Assembly: GCF_963676685.1 (NCBI RefSeq)
Contig: NC_092344.1
Coordinates: forward strand, 49,724,001-49,788,000
Source: Mytilus edulis
Lineage: Eukaryota
Reading direction: 5' to 3'
DNA: 64,000 nt
Part shown: positions 12,844 to 25,545 of the stretch, in pieces
Numbering within the stretch: the stretch's first letter is position 1
Layout of the letters: every line of letters starts with the position of its first letter
The notes under the pieces: model-generated
Seen by the model: only the letters and a program-made list of their open reading frames with translations
The model's database searches: none
What the model was told of the DNA's origin: nothing
Made by a program: the position numbers and the translations under genes

Positions 12844-13513
12844 TTATACCCCCGCTTTAAAAAAAAAGGGGGGGGGGTATACTGTTTTACCTCTGTCTGT
12901 CAGTCCGTCAGTCCGTCCATCAGTCCGTCCGTCCGTCAGTCAGTCCGTCCCACAAAACTTTCGTCACATTTTTCTCAGGAACTACACATCCACCCTTTCT
13001 GTAATTTGGTATCAACAATTATATATGTCAGCCATACCGTGTGATGCGTTTTCAGATTCATCACTTGACAACTTCCTGTTTACCGAACACTTGTATGATT
13101 TTACACATGATAGCCAAATTGAAAATTTTCGTCACATTTTTCTCAGGAACTACAATACAAGGATTTCTGAAATTTGGTTTCAGGATTTATATACATGTAA
13201 GTCAGCTTTACCGTGTGATGCGTTTTCAGATTCATCACTCGACAACTTCCTGTTTACCGAACACTTGTATGATTTTACACATGATAGCCAAGTTGAAAAT
13301 TTTCGTCACATTTTTCTCAGGAACTACAATACAAGGATTTCTGAAATTTGGTTTCAGGATTTATATAAGTCAGCTTTACTGTGTGATGTGTTTTCAGATT
13401 CATCACTCGACAACTTCCTGTTTACCGAACACTTGCATATTTTTACACTATTAATATTATCCACTTGCGGCGGGGGTATCATCAGTGAGCAGTAGCTCGC
13501 AGTTTCACTTGTT
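12844..13513 (+). mobile_element. HINE-type element with about three ~170-bp core repeats
   Basis: 5' inverted repeat tatacccc...ggggtata and a (CAGT/CCGT)n microsatellite. Core units start tcgtcacatt at 12961, 13129 and 13303. The 3' end has ggggtat, a stem-loop and cttgtt. Confidence 0.8.
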
Positions 13514-14059
13514 ACTGATGAGGAACTTTTGGAGGTGCAATGATTTTTCATTATTGCTTTATATAATTCGACATGCGACAACTAAAAATACTCAATTATC
13601 ACACATTTTCTAACGGAATATTACAATACCCTGCGTAATACAAGTTCAACTGATTATAAATCTTCGATATTTTTTGATATTTTTTTTAAATGTTTTAATG
13701 TAAAATAGAACATTTTTTGTCAAGCTGAATGTAAAAACAAAATAAATGAACCATATGTGGATGTACAGGCTATTTTTCTATATTTTGTCTGTAATTTGTC
13801 GTCATTAATTCAAAAAATCAAACACATCAAGTTTGCACTCAAAACGTTTAAAGAATATTTTTCAAATTTAATTGTGCTGATTGACAGCTGTTTCATTGAA
13901 GGAAACGCTATTTCTTTTCTATTTTTCATTTTTTTAAATACAGTTTCAATGATGAGAAGTACAACTGAATACAAGAAAGAAAACAAACTGTATTCAACAT
14001 TTTATTTTATAAAAAAGCAATACTGTTAGTGTGAAGTCTGGATTTCAGTGAAATGTTGT

Positions 14060-15243
14060 TCATGGTTTGTATCCTTTAGACGATCTCCTTCTACAAATCA
14101 TGCGACAATTAACAGAAGCACAGTATTTGTTCGTTGGACAATCACCATCACTAAAACAGTTGTTTTTACAATCAGTTTTTGCTCCTGCCATTGACTTAGA
14201 AACGAATCCCGAACCGGAAGAACGTGCTGATCCACTTCGTCTGGACGAAACTCTGTCTATAACATCTAGTCCACTACGTCCAGAAGAGATGGCGTCAAGA
14301 ATATCAGAACTAGCGGGTCAAGCTAGATGATGAACTTCTTATTATTTCTGACCCTGTGTTTCCACTTCTGATAGAGTCTGCCAATCTAAATGTACCAATT
14401 ATACTTCCAGAAGAAATGTCGACGCAGTAATTGCTACAGCCATCGTGTACACATTTATATCCTGAACGACATAATTTGTCTTCTCCACATCCATAATGAC
14501 AGTCACTGTCATCGTCAGAGAAAGCAGGAGACAAACCAGCTAAAGAACCTCAAATGGTTCCCGATACAGAGGTCCTGCCTCCAACAGTAGCCCCAGACAA
14601 TCCTCTACCAGAAGATGACTCGTGTGTTATAAATTTAATGTCTATTCCATGAGAAGTTCCAACTCCTCTTGATCCTGCTCGTCTGTTTGCATCAATAACA
14701 TCAAGTATAGAAGCAGATCCACCACCACGACGCCTGTTTATGTTTCTGGTAACTGTGCTTTCGACCAGTATAGCTTCTTCACACCATTTGTATCTAATGC
14801 ATGTTTTTCTGTGGGTGCATAGACTGTAAAAAAATATATCTGACATTTTATCTTCACAAATATACATGATCTTGAATCTATATACAGATATATGGATTTA
14901 TGGTATTTTTGCCAATAAAACATTTTCTACTATAATACAGGGACCGTACAGATTTAGCACTGTATAAAACGCATACCGTTTTGAAAGCTATGAAGGACTC
15001 CACATTACAAAAATGAAACAACATGAACCAGAAAACCATTTTTTTTCAAGTTTTTCTATTAATATTTACCAAATACTTCGTATTGAATGACATTGTTTCG
15101 TTTGTAAAGCTTGAGTATTTATCTCAACATCGAAAACACATTAAAATATAGCCTATAAATCTACAAAAAGCAAATCGAATATTACCGGCTAGTGTCACTG
15201 TGGCCAATGCCAACGAAAAGAAAAAGGTCTGAAATCTCATCAT
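14060..15243 (-). pseudogene. Copy B of the secreted WAP-like family, disrupted
   Basis: The signal exon 15243..15186 (MMRFQTFFFSLALATVTLA) is intact. The main exon 14823..14060 has a -1 frameshift near 14773 and a TGA at 14552-14550. A net 113-bp deletion relative to copy C creates a TAG at 14312-14310. Confidence 0.9.
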
Positions 15244-15509
15244 TCTTAACAATTCTGAAAAACACAAAATAAAATTATGTTTTACAAAATATAGAGAATT
15301 GTTATCGACACATGACTCACACTAAACACTGAGTATCAGCATATTGCTTGCTTTTGTTATAGACCTACAAGACAGTTACATATCAAAAACAATTCTTGGT
15401 GCGAATATTGTTAGTTATTGAGTAAAACGAAATGACAGAATTTCTTCAATCGATTCCAAAGGTTAGATTTTATTGTGCTAGTAATACAATTAACGGTACC
15501 AATTTTCTT

Positions 15510-15553
15510 GCACCAGATGCGCATTTCGACAATACATGTCTCTTCAGTGATGC
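15510..15553 (-). ncRNA. Minimal type I hammerhead (CUGAAGA family) in a partial retrozyme, about 15490-15667
   Basis: Minus strand reads gcatca-CTGAAGA-gaca-tgtat-tgtc-GAAA-t-gcgc-a-TC^tggtgc. Confidence 0.85.
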
Positions 15554-16448
15554 TCATAGCCAAAATATTTGAAATCCAAAACTTATATAAAAGATGAAGA
15601 TCGAGCTATAATCCAAAATGTCCAAAAAGTATAGCCAAATCCGTGAAAGGAATCAGAGCTTTGCATAAGTTGTGTACAATTTATATAGTATGTAAGGGTT
15701 CTATCCGCAAAAAAACATTATTAAATAAAGAATTAAGAAAGAAAGAAAGCAGATAAAGTTTGAAATTAAGTGTTTCCAAAACTTTAAAGGGGTATCTGCA
15801 AATATATATAAAAAAACGATTAAACTCATCAATTGTAACATTAACGGACCCACTACTACTCCAAATGAGCATTTCTACAATAAACTTTTATTAATTCTGT
15901 GATTTTGACGATAAACATTGTAAACATATTTTAAATTAAAAAGGTTTAGCCAAATCCGCCAACTGAATCATATAAATTAATCAAATAAATAATGATACAA
16001 AAATTATATTTCAAAGAGATTGTATAGCAATTACAAATCAGAAAGGTATGATAGAAATTGATGCAGGAATTAACAAACGACGAAAAAGGCCTAGGCATTA
16101 AAGGAAAGTAGCATTTTATCAAATGATTTAAAATCGGTATTTCTTTCTAAAGGAAATATTATTCCAATGATATTTAAGTATTGTATATAGTACCTTTAAT
16201 ATCTCAAAAAATTATGTCAGTTGGGTTTTCACTTCCGATATATTTTATAACAAACCAAAAGAATTTTATGCCATGACATTATATTTTGAAGCAAAATGTT
16301 TATGTGAATAAACATTTATACGGGTTTCTTAATTTTTAATTAATTAAATGAATAACGTTTAGTTGAACAATAATATAAAATTCTATATTGGGCCATCAAT
16401 GCTCTTCAACTTTGTATTTGTTTAGCTTTCTTACTATTATGATCTGAG

Positions 16449-16490
16449 CGACACTGATGAGTCTTCTGTAGACGAAACGTGCGTCTTGCG
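16449..16490 (+). ncRNA. Hammerhead motif with intact core and weakened stem I
   Basis: cgaca-CTGATGA-gtct-tctgt-agac-GAAA-cgtgcg-TC-ttgcg. Confidence 0.65.
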
Positions 16491-17350
16491 TACTAAATTT
16501 AAAGCCTTGTACCTTTAATAACTACATGTATATGACATCGTTTAATAATGTTTCTTTTTTACAAGCCGTAACTGGTTCTTAAATATTCTTTAACTGTTAT
16601 ATCATTTTCAAACATAAAGAAATTTTTTAAAAGGTATTGAAGTATTAATATCCCATACTTTGTACTGATAACCTATACTGTAATTAATTTCTGTGTCATT
16701 TGGTTTCTTGTGAAGAATTATATCATTGGCAATAATACCACATCTTCTTTTATATGAATATTAAGTTACCTTTGTGTAGAAAAGCGTCAGTATATTTTGA
16801 AACACGATAACGATTTGTCCTTAGAATTGTTGAGAAAATATTGCTGGGTATTTTTTTCATCTGACGTTCAAAAACTCTTCTAAGTTATAAGAAGTTTGAT
16901 ATGTCAAAATCTGGGGGAAAAGTATGGGCTTATAGTTACGACAATTAAAACTTATCCATCGTAGTCTGTGAATTGGATATTATATAACAAGGAACCAAAT
17001 CGTGGTACGTACGTTAAATTATTAAAGGGATCATAACTTAGACTTCACCAATGGACATTCATTGCTTAAAAGCTTTTATGTTCATTATGTAGGCAGCAAC
17101 CCTCTACCAAAGAAATCCTGCTTGGATGCTGCTGGCCCTGTAATGTCGTTACAACTCGGATATATATACTTCATCAAAATGAGCTGCTAGAATGTTGCTA
17201 CACAGAAACGGAAAGCTGAAAGCATCCCGTTTATCGTTAAAAAAAATTTCAACTGAACTTCATTGCCAATTTCTAGATCTGAAGCAGACTTTACTGTATC
17301 AACTGTATGCTTCATTTAAAAAAAAAAAATATGATCAACAGTCCCCAAGT

Positions 17351-20300
17351 CACTGGGGTAAAGCTGATGACCGTAACTGCATTCACGGTCATCCCAAGAT
17401 GTCGGATGAAAAATTAGGTCAGTTTCTGTATTGTCTGTTAAAGTGTTTCTATATCATTTTCTTTACAAATCATACATTGAAACGATGTAAATTTATAAAA
17501 TAATCACTCGGAAATCACTAATTACTTCTGAGAAATGTGCATGAAACGGGAAATTCGATTTGAAAAAATCGCCAAGATGACCGTAAATCACAATCGAGAT
17601 GACCGTAACAGAATCAGCGATTCATAACAAGGCTGACCGTAACTGCTTTTAAGATGACCGTAATTTGTAAATGATGACCGTAACTTTTAAAGGATGACCC
17701 TCAATTCTAAGAAATATCCGTAATTATATAACTATCTTTTTGTATCAAATGATTAATCGTGTTGGTATACACATATTAATATGAAAGTTTTATCCTATAA
17801 GTAGAAGAAAATAAGACGTGCTTCAAATGCAAATATTACCATATGTATCTTTTTTACAGTAGAGGGTTCAATTTTTAAAATGAATTTGCCAAAAGACATG
17901 CGGTGCACAGCCTTCAACTGCTCGACAAAAGATTTTTTTTTGTTTCTGGGATTCCTTTTAATGACATATAATAAATACACATTTTTGAAAATGCCAAAAA
18001 ATTGCATGTACACCCATTGATATTATATCGTCTTTCATTTTGTCGTGCAAATAAAATAACAGAAATATTTTGAAAATATCATTCGAATAAACTAGTGAAG
18101 GTGAGCTCCAGCAAAGTAGATCCTTAAAATAGTATTGTACGAAAAGCGTATCACAAGGCGGAACGTTGTCAATATGTATATATACAGAAATGTTATTCAT
18201 ACAGTCAGGATTCTACTTCTTCAAAATTATCTCCCCATTACGCCAGTTCATGCTCACAGTCGTAGAAATGGAAGCCATTGTAGGGATGACGCTCTGCCAA
18301 TTTTGCTCTTGAAAACTGATAAATTTATCCACATAGCACCATTACGATCGATCGCTATATGTCAGTTATATTTTAAAATACAAATGTATCTACTAGCAAA
18401 TGAGCATTAGTTAATGATCTTGTCTGCATTGATTCAACTTAAAAATATTGTCTGTTTGGATGTCAGATGGAATTTTTGAAAATTCTTAAGCATTTAAAAA
18501 AATTCTAATTAAATATTTTGTGGAAGGGCAGACTAAACATTTTCAGTGGTTGAAGATTATAAACCCTAGTTATCACACACACATTTTCATCATCCAAATT
18601 AAAAGACTGTCGTCAAGTACTTTTAGAAAAAATAGCTATTCGAACACACCTACTCTGTTTTTGTGATTCATTAGATAGGTATCTCAATTGACCCATATAT
18701 TTCATCTTTTCGTACTGTCATTTTTTTACGTTATAAAGTCAACCTGTAGCTTTGATATATAATAATGATAGAATCTGAAGCGAGATGCTATATAAAATAC
18801 TCTTGCTTTGTACGTTTTAAAGACAAAATATATACCCCAAACATGCCCTAACATAAAAAGGTGCACTCGATTTTTCTCTTTTCGATACAATCGTTACCTG
18901 TTTTGGGGAATTTTTTCTTGATTCACATAATGGAAGGGCAGACACGAAAATTTCTGAACTAAAAGATTGATATGTTCTCCGTCCGTGATAAAAAAAAATC
19001 GGAGGATATGCATTTTTTACATTCAACTTATAGATACTATATATAAAAAAGAAGATGTGGTATTATTGCCAATGAGACAGCTAACCAGAAAAGACCAAAA
19101 TGACACAAACATTAACAACTATAGGTAACCGTAAGGCCTTCAACAATGAGCAAAGCCCATACCGCATAGTCAGCTATAAAAGGCCCCGATAAGAACCATG
19201 TCGTCGACTTGATATCTTATTGTTGTACATTACTATGTAATAGATACATTGAAAACTTATGCAAATGGTGTTTTTAAAATAAGAAAATTGTCGTTTTATT
19301 TGTTTCTATTAACTTTTTAAAATTTTGTTACTATATCAAACATTACAGTTAACTTTTATCGCTTTCTCGATAAACACAGAGTTTCGATTCTTTTGTTCTA
19401 TTTCAAAAGTGTTTCCGCCTGCATGTATCAAGACAAATTAAGATTTTAATCTGCTTCTTCTGGACCCATACACATGGGCTCGATTACCAAATATTCGTAT
19501 GTATTATTAATGTTTTTAATGCTCCATTTATTGGCATTATGTTTTTCTGGTCTGTGCGTACGTTCGTCCGTTCGTCTGTTTGTTTGTCCGTTTGTCCAGC
19601 TTCAAGTTAAATAAAATTGAAACTTAGTACACATTTTCCCTATGGAATGATCTTTTTAATTCTAATGCCAAATTACAGTTTTATCTCATTTTCATAGTCC
19701 ACTAAACATAGAAAATGATAGTGTAGATGAGGCATCCGTGTACTAGGGACACATTCATGTTTCTTCAAATTTTCATCGTATCGCTGTAAATTTGTGTTAA
19801 AATTTTAACGTCGATATCAATAAATATTTCATTGTTTACGAGAAAAATGCAATTTACTATCATTGTTATAAATCCTAAATATGGCCAATTATATAATAGT
19901 TTAAAAAAAGAAATTTATGAAACATATTTATATCCGCTAACCGCAAGCCCCTATTGAGATCGACAAACTCAACAAAAAAGCTTTGAATACAATACGGATA
20001 TTTCTTAGAATTGATGGTCATCCTATAAAAGTTACGGTCGTCCTATATAAATTACAGTCAGTCTTTACAAATTACGGTCATCCTTTACAAGTTACGGTCA
20101 TCTTTTTACCAATCACGGTCATCCTTGTTTTATGTTACGGTCATCTTGAAAATATTTTGATTATGATTTACGGTCATCTTAACGATTTTTTCAAATCGAA
20201 TTTCCCGTTTCATGCACATTTCTCGGAAGTAATTAGTGATTTTCGAGTGATTCTTTTAGAAATTTACATCGTTTCAATGTATGATTTGTAAAGAAAATGA

Positions 20301-20403
20301 TATAGAAACACTTTAACAGACAATACAGAAACTGACCTAATTTTTCATCCGACATCTTGGGATGACCGTGAATGCAGTTACGGTCATCAGCTTTACCCCA
20401 GTG
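17351..20403. mobile_element. Non-autonomous DNA transposon with ~370-410-bp TIRs, CAC termini and a 5-bp TSD (Transib-like)
   Basis: The left arm 17351-17722 and right arm 19993-20403 are inverted. Both start CACTGGGGTAAAGCTGATGACCG, are identical for roughly the first 140 bp, and contain arrays of GATGACCGTAA. Direct repeat CAAGT at 17346-17350 and 20404-20408. No intact transposase ORF. Confidence 0.8.
19045..19195 (+). repeat. Abundant SINE-like interspersed repeat (aagaagatgtggtatgattgccaatgagac...)
   Basis: The same sequence recurs near 34740, 46715 and 59565 (+) and near 1300-1470, 35500-35840 and 45490-45730 (-). Confidence 0.75.
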
Positions 20404-21015
20404 CAAGTCTTGAATTATTAAATGAGAGGACATCATTAATATAGCGGAATATGGAGTTAACGGATAATGCTTACTTCTTTTATTTTTCTACAGAAGCTAC
20501 AAATAATATATAAATATGAATTAAAACATGTTAAAAGATCTAAGAAATAAGGTGAATATTATCATAGCAACACCCAACATACATAAGTCGATAAAACGTT
20601 TAACATGACAACGACATGGCAAAAATGACAGACAAAGGAAAAACACACAAGTTCACAATACACTTCATAGACAACTAAAAACCTGAGCAACACGACTCCT
20701 ACCAAAGTCTTACACATCCTGATAAAGTTATGTGATATTCATCACTTCCTTAAAGATAAATGAAAACCTCAATTTGTCGAATAGAAAAATCAAAACATTT
20801 CTTTCTTTTTTCAAATAAATATTTTAATAAATTCCGATGATATGCGCACAAGAAGGAGTCAGAAATATTTTTTTTTCTACTTGACTTACTTGCTTTCTAT
20901 TTTATATTTAAAAAAATCATCAATTCAATCCTACATACAATATGGTACCAGGTTTTTGATTTGTTACTTTAAATGTGTAAATAGTTATCAAAGATACCAG
21001 GTTTATAGTGTGATA

Positions 21016-21057
21016 CGCCAGACGCGCGTTTCGTCTGCATAAGGTTCATCAGTGACG
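21016..21057 (-). ncRNA. Hammerhead motif with disrupted stem II
   Basis: Minus strand reads cgtca-CTGATGA-acct-tatgc-agac-GAAA-cgcgcg-TC-tggcg. Confidence 0.6.
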
Positions 21058-21130
21058 CTCAGACAAAAATAAAAGTTAGAAAGCCAAAAACAAGTACAAA
21101 GTTGAAGAGCATACAAAATAAAATTACTTG

Positions 21131-24100
21131 GGCATTATCTGTAGCCAATGGACATATACTCTATTTGTGTTAAGAAGGTCTGCGTAAAAGCATACTTTTA
21201 AAATATCTACATGGGAAGAAAGCAGTTTGATTTGAGGGCAAGGTGGTAAGAACTCCAGAGAGAGAGGTCAATGGCTCTGACGGAGCTCGAAGCGAGCGTA
21301 GAAGACGAACAAGAAGGCGTATATACAGCAACGGGCGACGACTGACACGACGCCAACTGTGTGGGCAGTATAAAGTAAAATCACAAGAAATACTAAACAC
21401 CGTGGAAAATTTCATACGGAACGTCCGTAATCAAATGGAAATACCAAAAGTATGATAGAATTGTAGGAGCTCCACAAAGAGTACCCCAACGTTTATAAAA
21501 ACTTCCTCAGAGTAGCTATGCTATGTGAATTTTACTGCTCTTTTTTGAAAATGACACCACCAAATGAGATTTGACAGTAGATACATGTAGCAATATACAG
21601 AAATTTCACCATCTCATTTTCGTTGCTTTCTTACGCCTAATCTTTGTGTCAGATGTGTACATATGTATGTAATCAGTATTTTCCGTAAATTTGATATCCA
21701 GTAGTTGAATGGTATTAAAAAGATCTTTCTTTTTTGGTGTATCCAACCTGCTTGTATTTGCTAAAAAATATAGCAAAGAGGTTAACGGTACCAATTTTCC
21801 TGCACCAAGATGCGCATTTCGACAATAAATGTCTCTTCAGTGATGCTCGTGGCCAAAATATTTGAAATCCAAAGCTTATATAAAAGATGAAGAGCTTTAA
21901 TCAAAAAGGTCTAAAAAGTATAGCCAAATCCGCGAAAGGAATCAGAGCTCTGCATGAGAGAGATACATTCCTTAATTTATCATAAGTTCTAACATTTTGT
22001 AACAGCAAATTTCAAAAACACAAAAACTCAGTATCTTCATGCCAGTACCGAATAACTGGCTACTGGGCTGGTGATACCCTCGGGGATTAACAGTCCACCA
22101 GCAGAGGCATCGACCCAGTGGTAGTAATAACATTAACGGTACCAATTTTCCTGCACCAGATGCGCATAAAGGTGTCACAAATATCCCCAAAATTTGACAA
22201 AAAGTAGAATTGCAATCCCCTGAAGTGATACCTTTTCTAAAACTGTTTACACATATCTTTCGAGAATTCAATTAAAATCATTTTTCTTAGTCTCATTTTT
22301 GTTTAAAATTGCGTCAAAAAAAAAAAAGTGTATTTAAACATTTGGCCCTATGGTGAAATATCGTTGTTAATTTCTGGGTCATTTGGTGTCCTGTGGAGAG
22401 TTATCTCATTGGAAATTATACCACATCTTCTTATTTTTATACTATAATTTTTTTCTACTAATACGGAAAATAAGGACAGTCAAATAAAAATTAGCCCATA
22501 AAATAGGTAAAAATAATCTTGATATTCTTAAAAACTAACTCTGAAGGCATCAGCTATCAAATATTGAATTTTATTTAACAATACTTGCCTATTTGAAAAT
22601 TCCTCTGGGCTTTCCCTTTCGAAATACCTTAGATCATTCCAGGTTTTGTTGGACTTTGTGTTGCTGAGTTATTAGTTTTCTATATTGTGTTATATGGAGT
22701 GCTGTTTGTCTTTTCGTCGGTTTTAGTTTTTCGCTATGGCTGTGTCGGTTGTTTTCGACCTTTGAGTTTGATTGTGTCATTAGTATCCCTTGCCTTTTGT
22801 TTAATTTTTTTCCCCTCCTTGAAAAGTACAGACATGTACTGGACATGGAGGAATTTGTGTACAGTCAAAATTAAATAGTAACAATACCTTTTCGCTGAAG
22901 CAAAGTTATGAGAGTTATTCAAATCGTGCAACAGTCATGTGTACTCTTGTACGGCCGAGTAGAAATCGAAGAGTGGTCAAATGCGCGCGGTCGCGTATAG
23001 ATGATCATTTATCGGGTATCAGTCTGGCATGGGTTTTTTTACGTATGTCGCAGTGATCTGGACGCGATCGGGCATTGGTCGAGTTAATCTGGACAACCGA
23101 TCACTCAGGTTGGCGTACATTCAAACATTCACGACTTCTTCATGACTGCATCACGACGCCAACCCGACCACTAATTGAATACATATTCGATGATTCCGAC
23201 CAATTCTCAATCAATACACGATCTTAACTCGACAAGCTGGATCAAATCAACTATACCCGATCTCAGCCTGATCTCGACAAAATCAGATCGACCTCATCAT
23301 ATAGGGGTCGTAGGTATACTCGGAATTGGTTGGGTTTGTACAATATCAGTATAATAACGTCTTATTATTTTTATAACGTTTCATGCAAGCTAGGGTATTA
23401 TCTGTGTCCTATGGATACATTCTCCGTTTATTTGGTTTTAAATTCAATAGTTCACAGTATGTCTCAGTAGAATCATATATTTAAATAATTTGCATGGAAA
23501 TAAGCAGTTGGATTAGTGGGCAAGGTGTTTCGAGCTCAGAGGGACAAGTTAATGGTTGTAACGGAGCTTGAAGAGAGCGTATAAAACATACAAGAAGGCA
23601 AAGACAACAACGGCCGCCAAGAAATCTCGATTAGACAGTGCACAGCGACCACTGCGTGGGCAATATAAAGTAACACAAAAATACTGAACTCCGAGGAAAA
23701 TCCAAAACGGAAAGTCTCTAATCAAATGGCAAAATCAAAAGTATGAGACTTCCTAAGAGTGAAGTAGGACGCTGAAATGTTATTGGAGTTTACTGGTATT
23801 TTTTCTTGAAAATGAATCCACAAATGAGATGTGTCACTGGATATGTACTGATGTAAGAACAGTAGTATACATCCCCTTTTCCTTGCTTTCTTATAAATTA
23901 AGCCTACTGTTTGTTTCAAATATATGCTTATGTATGTAAACAGTATTTTCTATAGATTTGATAGTAAGAAGTTAAAAGGTTAAAGATATTTCTTTTTGGT
24001 GTATCCATGGAAACAACCAGCTTTTTTTTGCTAAGAAAAATATTATAAAAAGGGGATAAAGATGTCACATATTTCGCCAAAATTTGGCCAAAAAAGAATT

Positions 24101-24850
24101 TCAATCCCCTAGAGTTATACTTTTTCTGAAACTGTTTACTTATATCTACCAAGAATTAAAGAAAAAATATACCTTTCGCATCATTTTTGTTTGATGCGTC
24201 TCGTGTGAAAAAAAAGTTTTTGTAAATACTCGACCGTACGGTGACATACAGTTGTTAATTTCTGTGTCATTTGATTTCCTTTGGAGAGTTGTCACATTGG
24301 CAATTATGCACAACTTCTTATCTTTATATCACAAAAGTTATAGGTCATACGGAAAATAGGGACAGTCTAACAAAAAATAGTCCATAAAACAGGTAAAATA
24401 TAATCTTTATATTCTTAAAAATAAACCTTGAAGGCTAAATTAGTCATCAGCTGTGTAATAATGAATTGTAATTCACAATTAATTTCATATATGAACAATC
24501 CTCTTTTGCTCTCTTTTAGAATTTCATCCCTCCTTGCAAAAATATAGACACGTACTGTACATGTAGAAATTTGTGTACTGTTAAAAATAAGTAGTGACAA
24601 TTTGTATTTGCGGAAGCAAATTTATAAGAGTCGATCAGATCTACAAACACTATTAGAGAATCGTGTAGCGGTCATATGAACTCGTGTATGGCCGAGTAGA
24701 TATCGAAGAGTGGTTGAATGTGTTCGTGTAGAGATCGGGTATTGGTCGAGTTGGTCTGGGATAGGAAAAATATAGAAGTCGCAGTGATTGTGAAGCGATC
24801 GGGAATTGATCGAGTAAATCTGAACAACATATCAAACAGGTTAGCGTTGA
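21131..24850. repeat. Old, diverged tandem duplication (about 21131-23100 vs 23394-24850)
   Basis: Collinear matches, e.g. agcagtttgatttgagggcaaggtg / agcagttggattagtgggcaaggtg and ggccgagtagaaatcgaagagtggt / ggccgagtagatatcgaagagtggt. Boundaries approximate. Confidence 0.7.
21782..22167 (-). mobile_element. Retrozyme unit (CUGAAGA family), 350 nt between cleavage sites; first hammerhead truncated
   Basis: Near-identical to 40315-40814 in reverse orientation. Predicted cleavage points at 22159/22158 and 21809/21808. Absent from the duplicated segment near 24050. Confidence 0.85.
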
Positions 24851-25177
24851 TCGGGAAATGATCGGATATTAGTCGAGCAAAGGTCGAGAAGATCGAGTAC
24901 TGATCGGTGAAATATTTGTATTCCGACCAAACTCACCTCTACACGATCCCTTCCCGATCAATTCGACCACTACCCGACGTATTCTTGATCTCTTCTCGAT
25001 CCTTACTCGATTATTTTTGACGGGTCAAAAACTCTCGGGTAGAAAGTCAGATCGATGACGACCAAGGTAGACCACCCCGAATATTCTCGTCGATTGAGTT
25101 AGATCAGTCTCCCGATCGCTTAATCTGTCTTGAACGGGATTGATCGAGTTGGTATGATCGACAGTATGAATCTAGCT
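24655..25177. mobile_element. CGA/TCG-rich subterminal region of a DNA transposon (one end; possibly Harbinger-type)
   Basis: Dense inverted cgatc/tcga repeats ending in agtatgaatctagc followed by ttaa. A related stretch lies at 22930-23340. Confidence 0.45.
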
Positions 25178-25545
25178 TAATCGGCAGAAGGAACGTCGTG
25201 TAGCAAAACAAATCGTGCATATTGCAGATTGACAAAGCAAATCAACACGTATTAATAGTTGATATTTCAATATCGAATTTCAGTGTGCAATATATGCATA
25301 ATAAAACGAACATAAAATAAAGACAGTTGATCAGACTTGAAAAACACATAGTTTCCGGTATCTTTATCCTTTGACGAGAAAAATCTGTATCTGCTGATGA
25401 AAATGGTATGCTGTTGTCTTCGTTATACAAATGTCTGTGTACGATCCTGTATCCCGAAAACCTGTTGATCTTCCCCGAAATGCATATGATACTGTTTAAA
25501 AAATCCAAGCTTTTTTCTCAACATAAAATTTACAAACGCATAGTT

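Noticed and set aside
12791-13495. 234-aa ORF with internal repeats
   Set aside because: It lies almost entirely within a HINE, and the repeats come from the microsatellite and core units.
17351-17378. RSS-like reading: CACTGGG, 12-nt spacer, ACCGTAACT
   Set aside because: Only 5/9 match to the RSS nonamer. The arrangement is the same at both ends (no 12/23 asymmetry), and the motif is part of the internal repeat.
17192-17503. ORFs 17192-17503 and 20233-20436 sharing the peptide HWGKADDRNCIHGHPK
   Set aside because: The identity comes from the transposon TIRs, not from a gene pair.
25345-25400. Short match to about 34525-34580 (ttatcctttgacgagaaaa)
   Set aside because: Too short to interpret; probably a repeat fragment.
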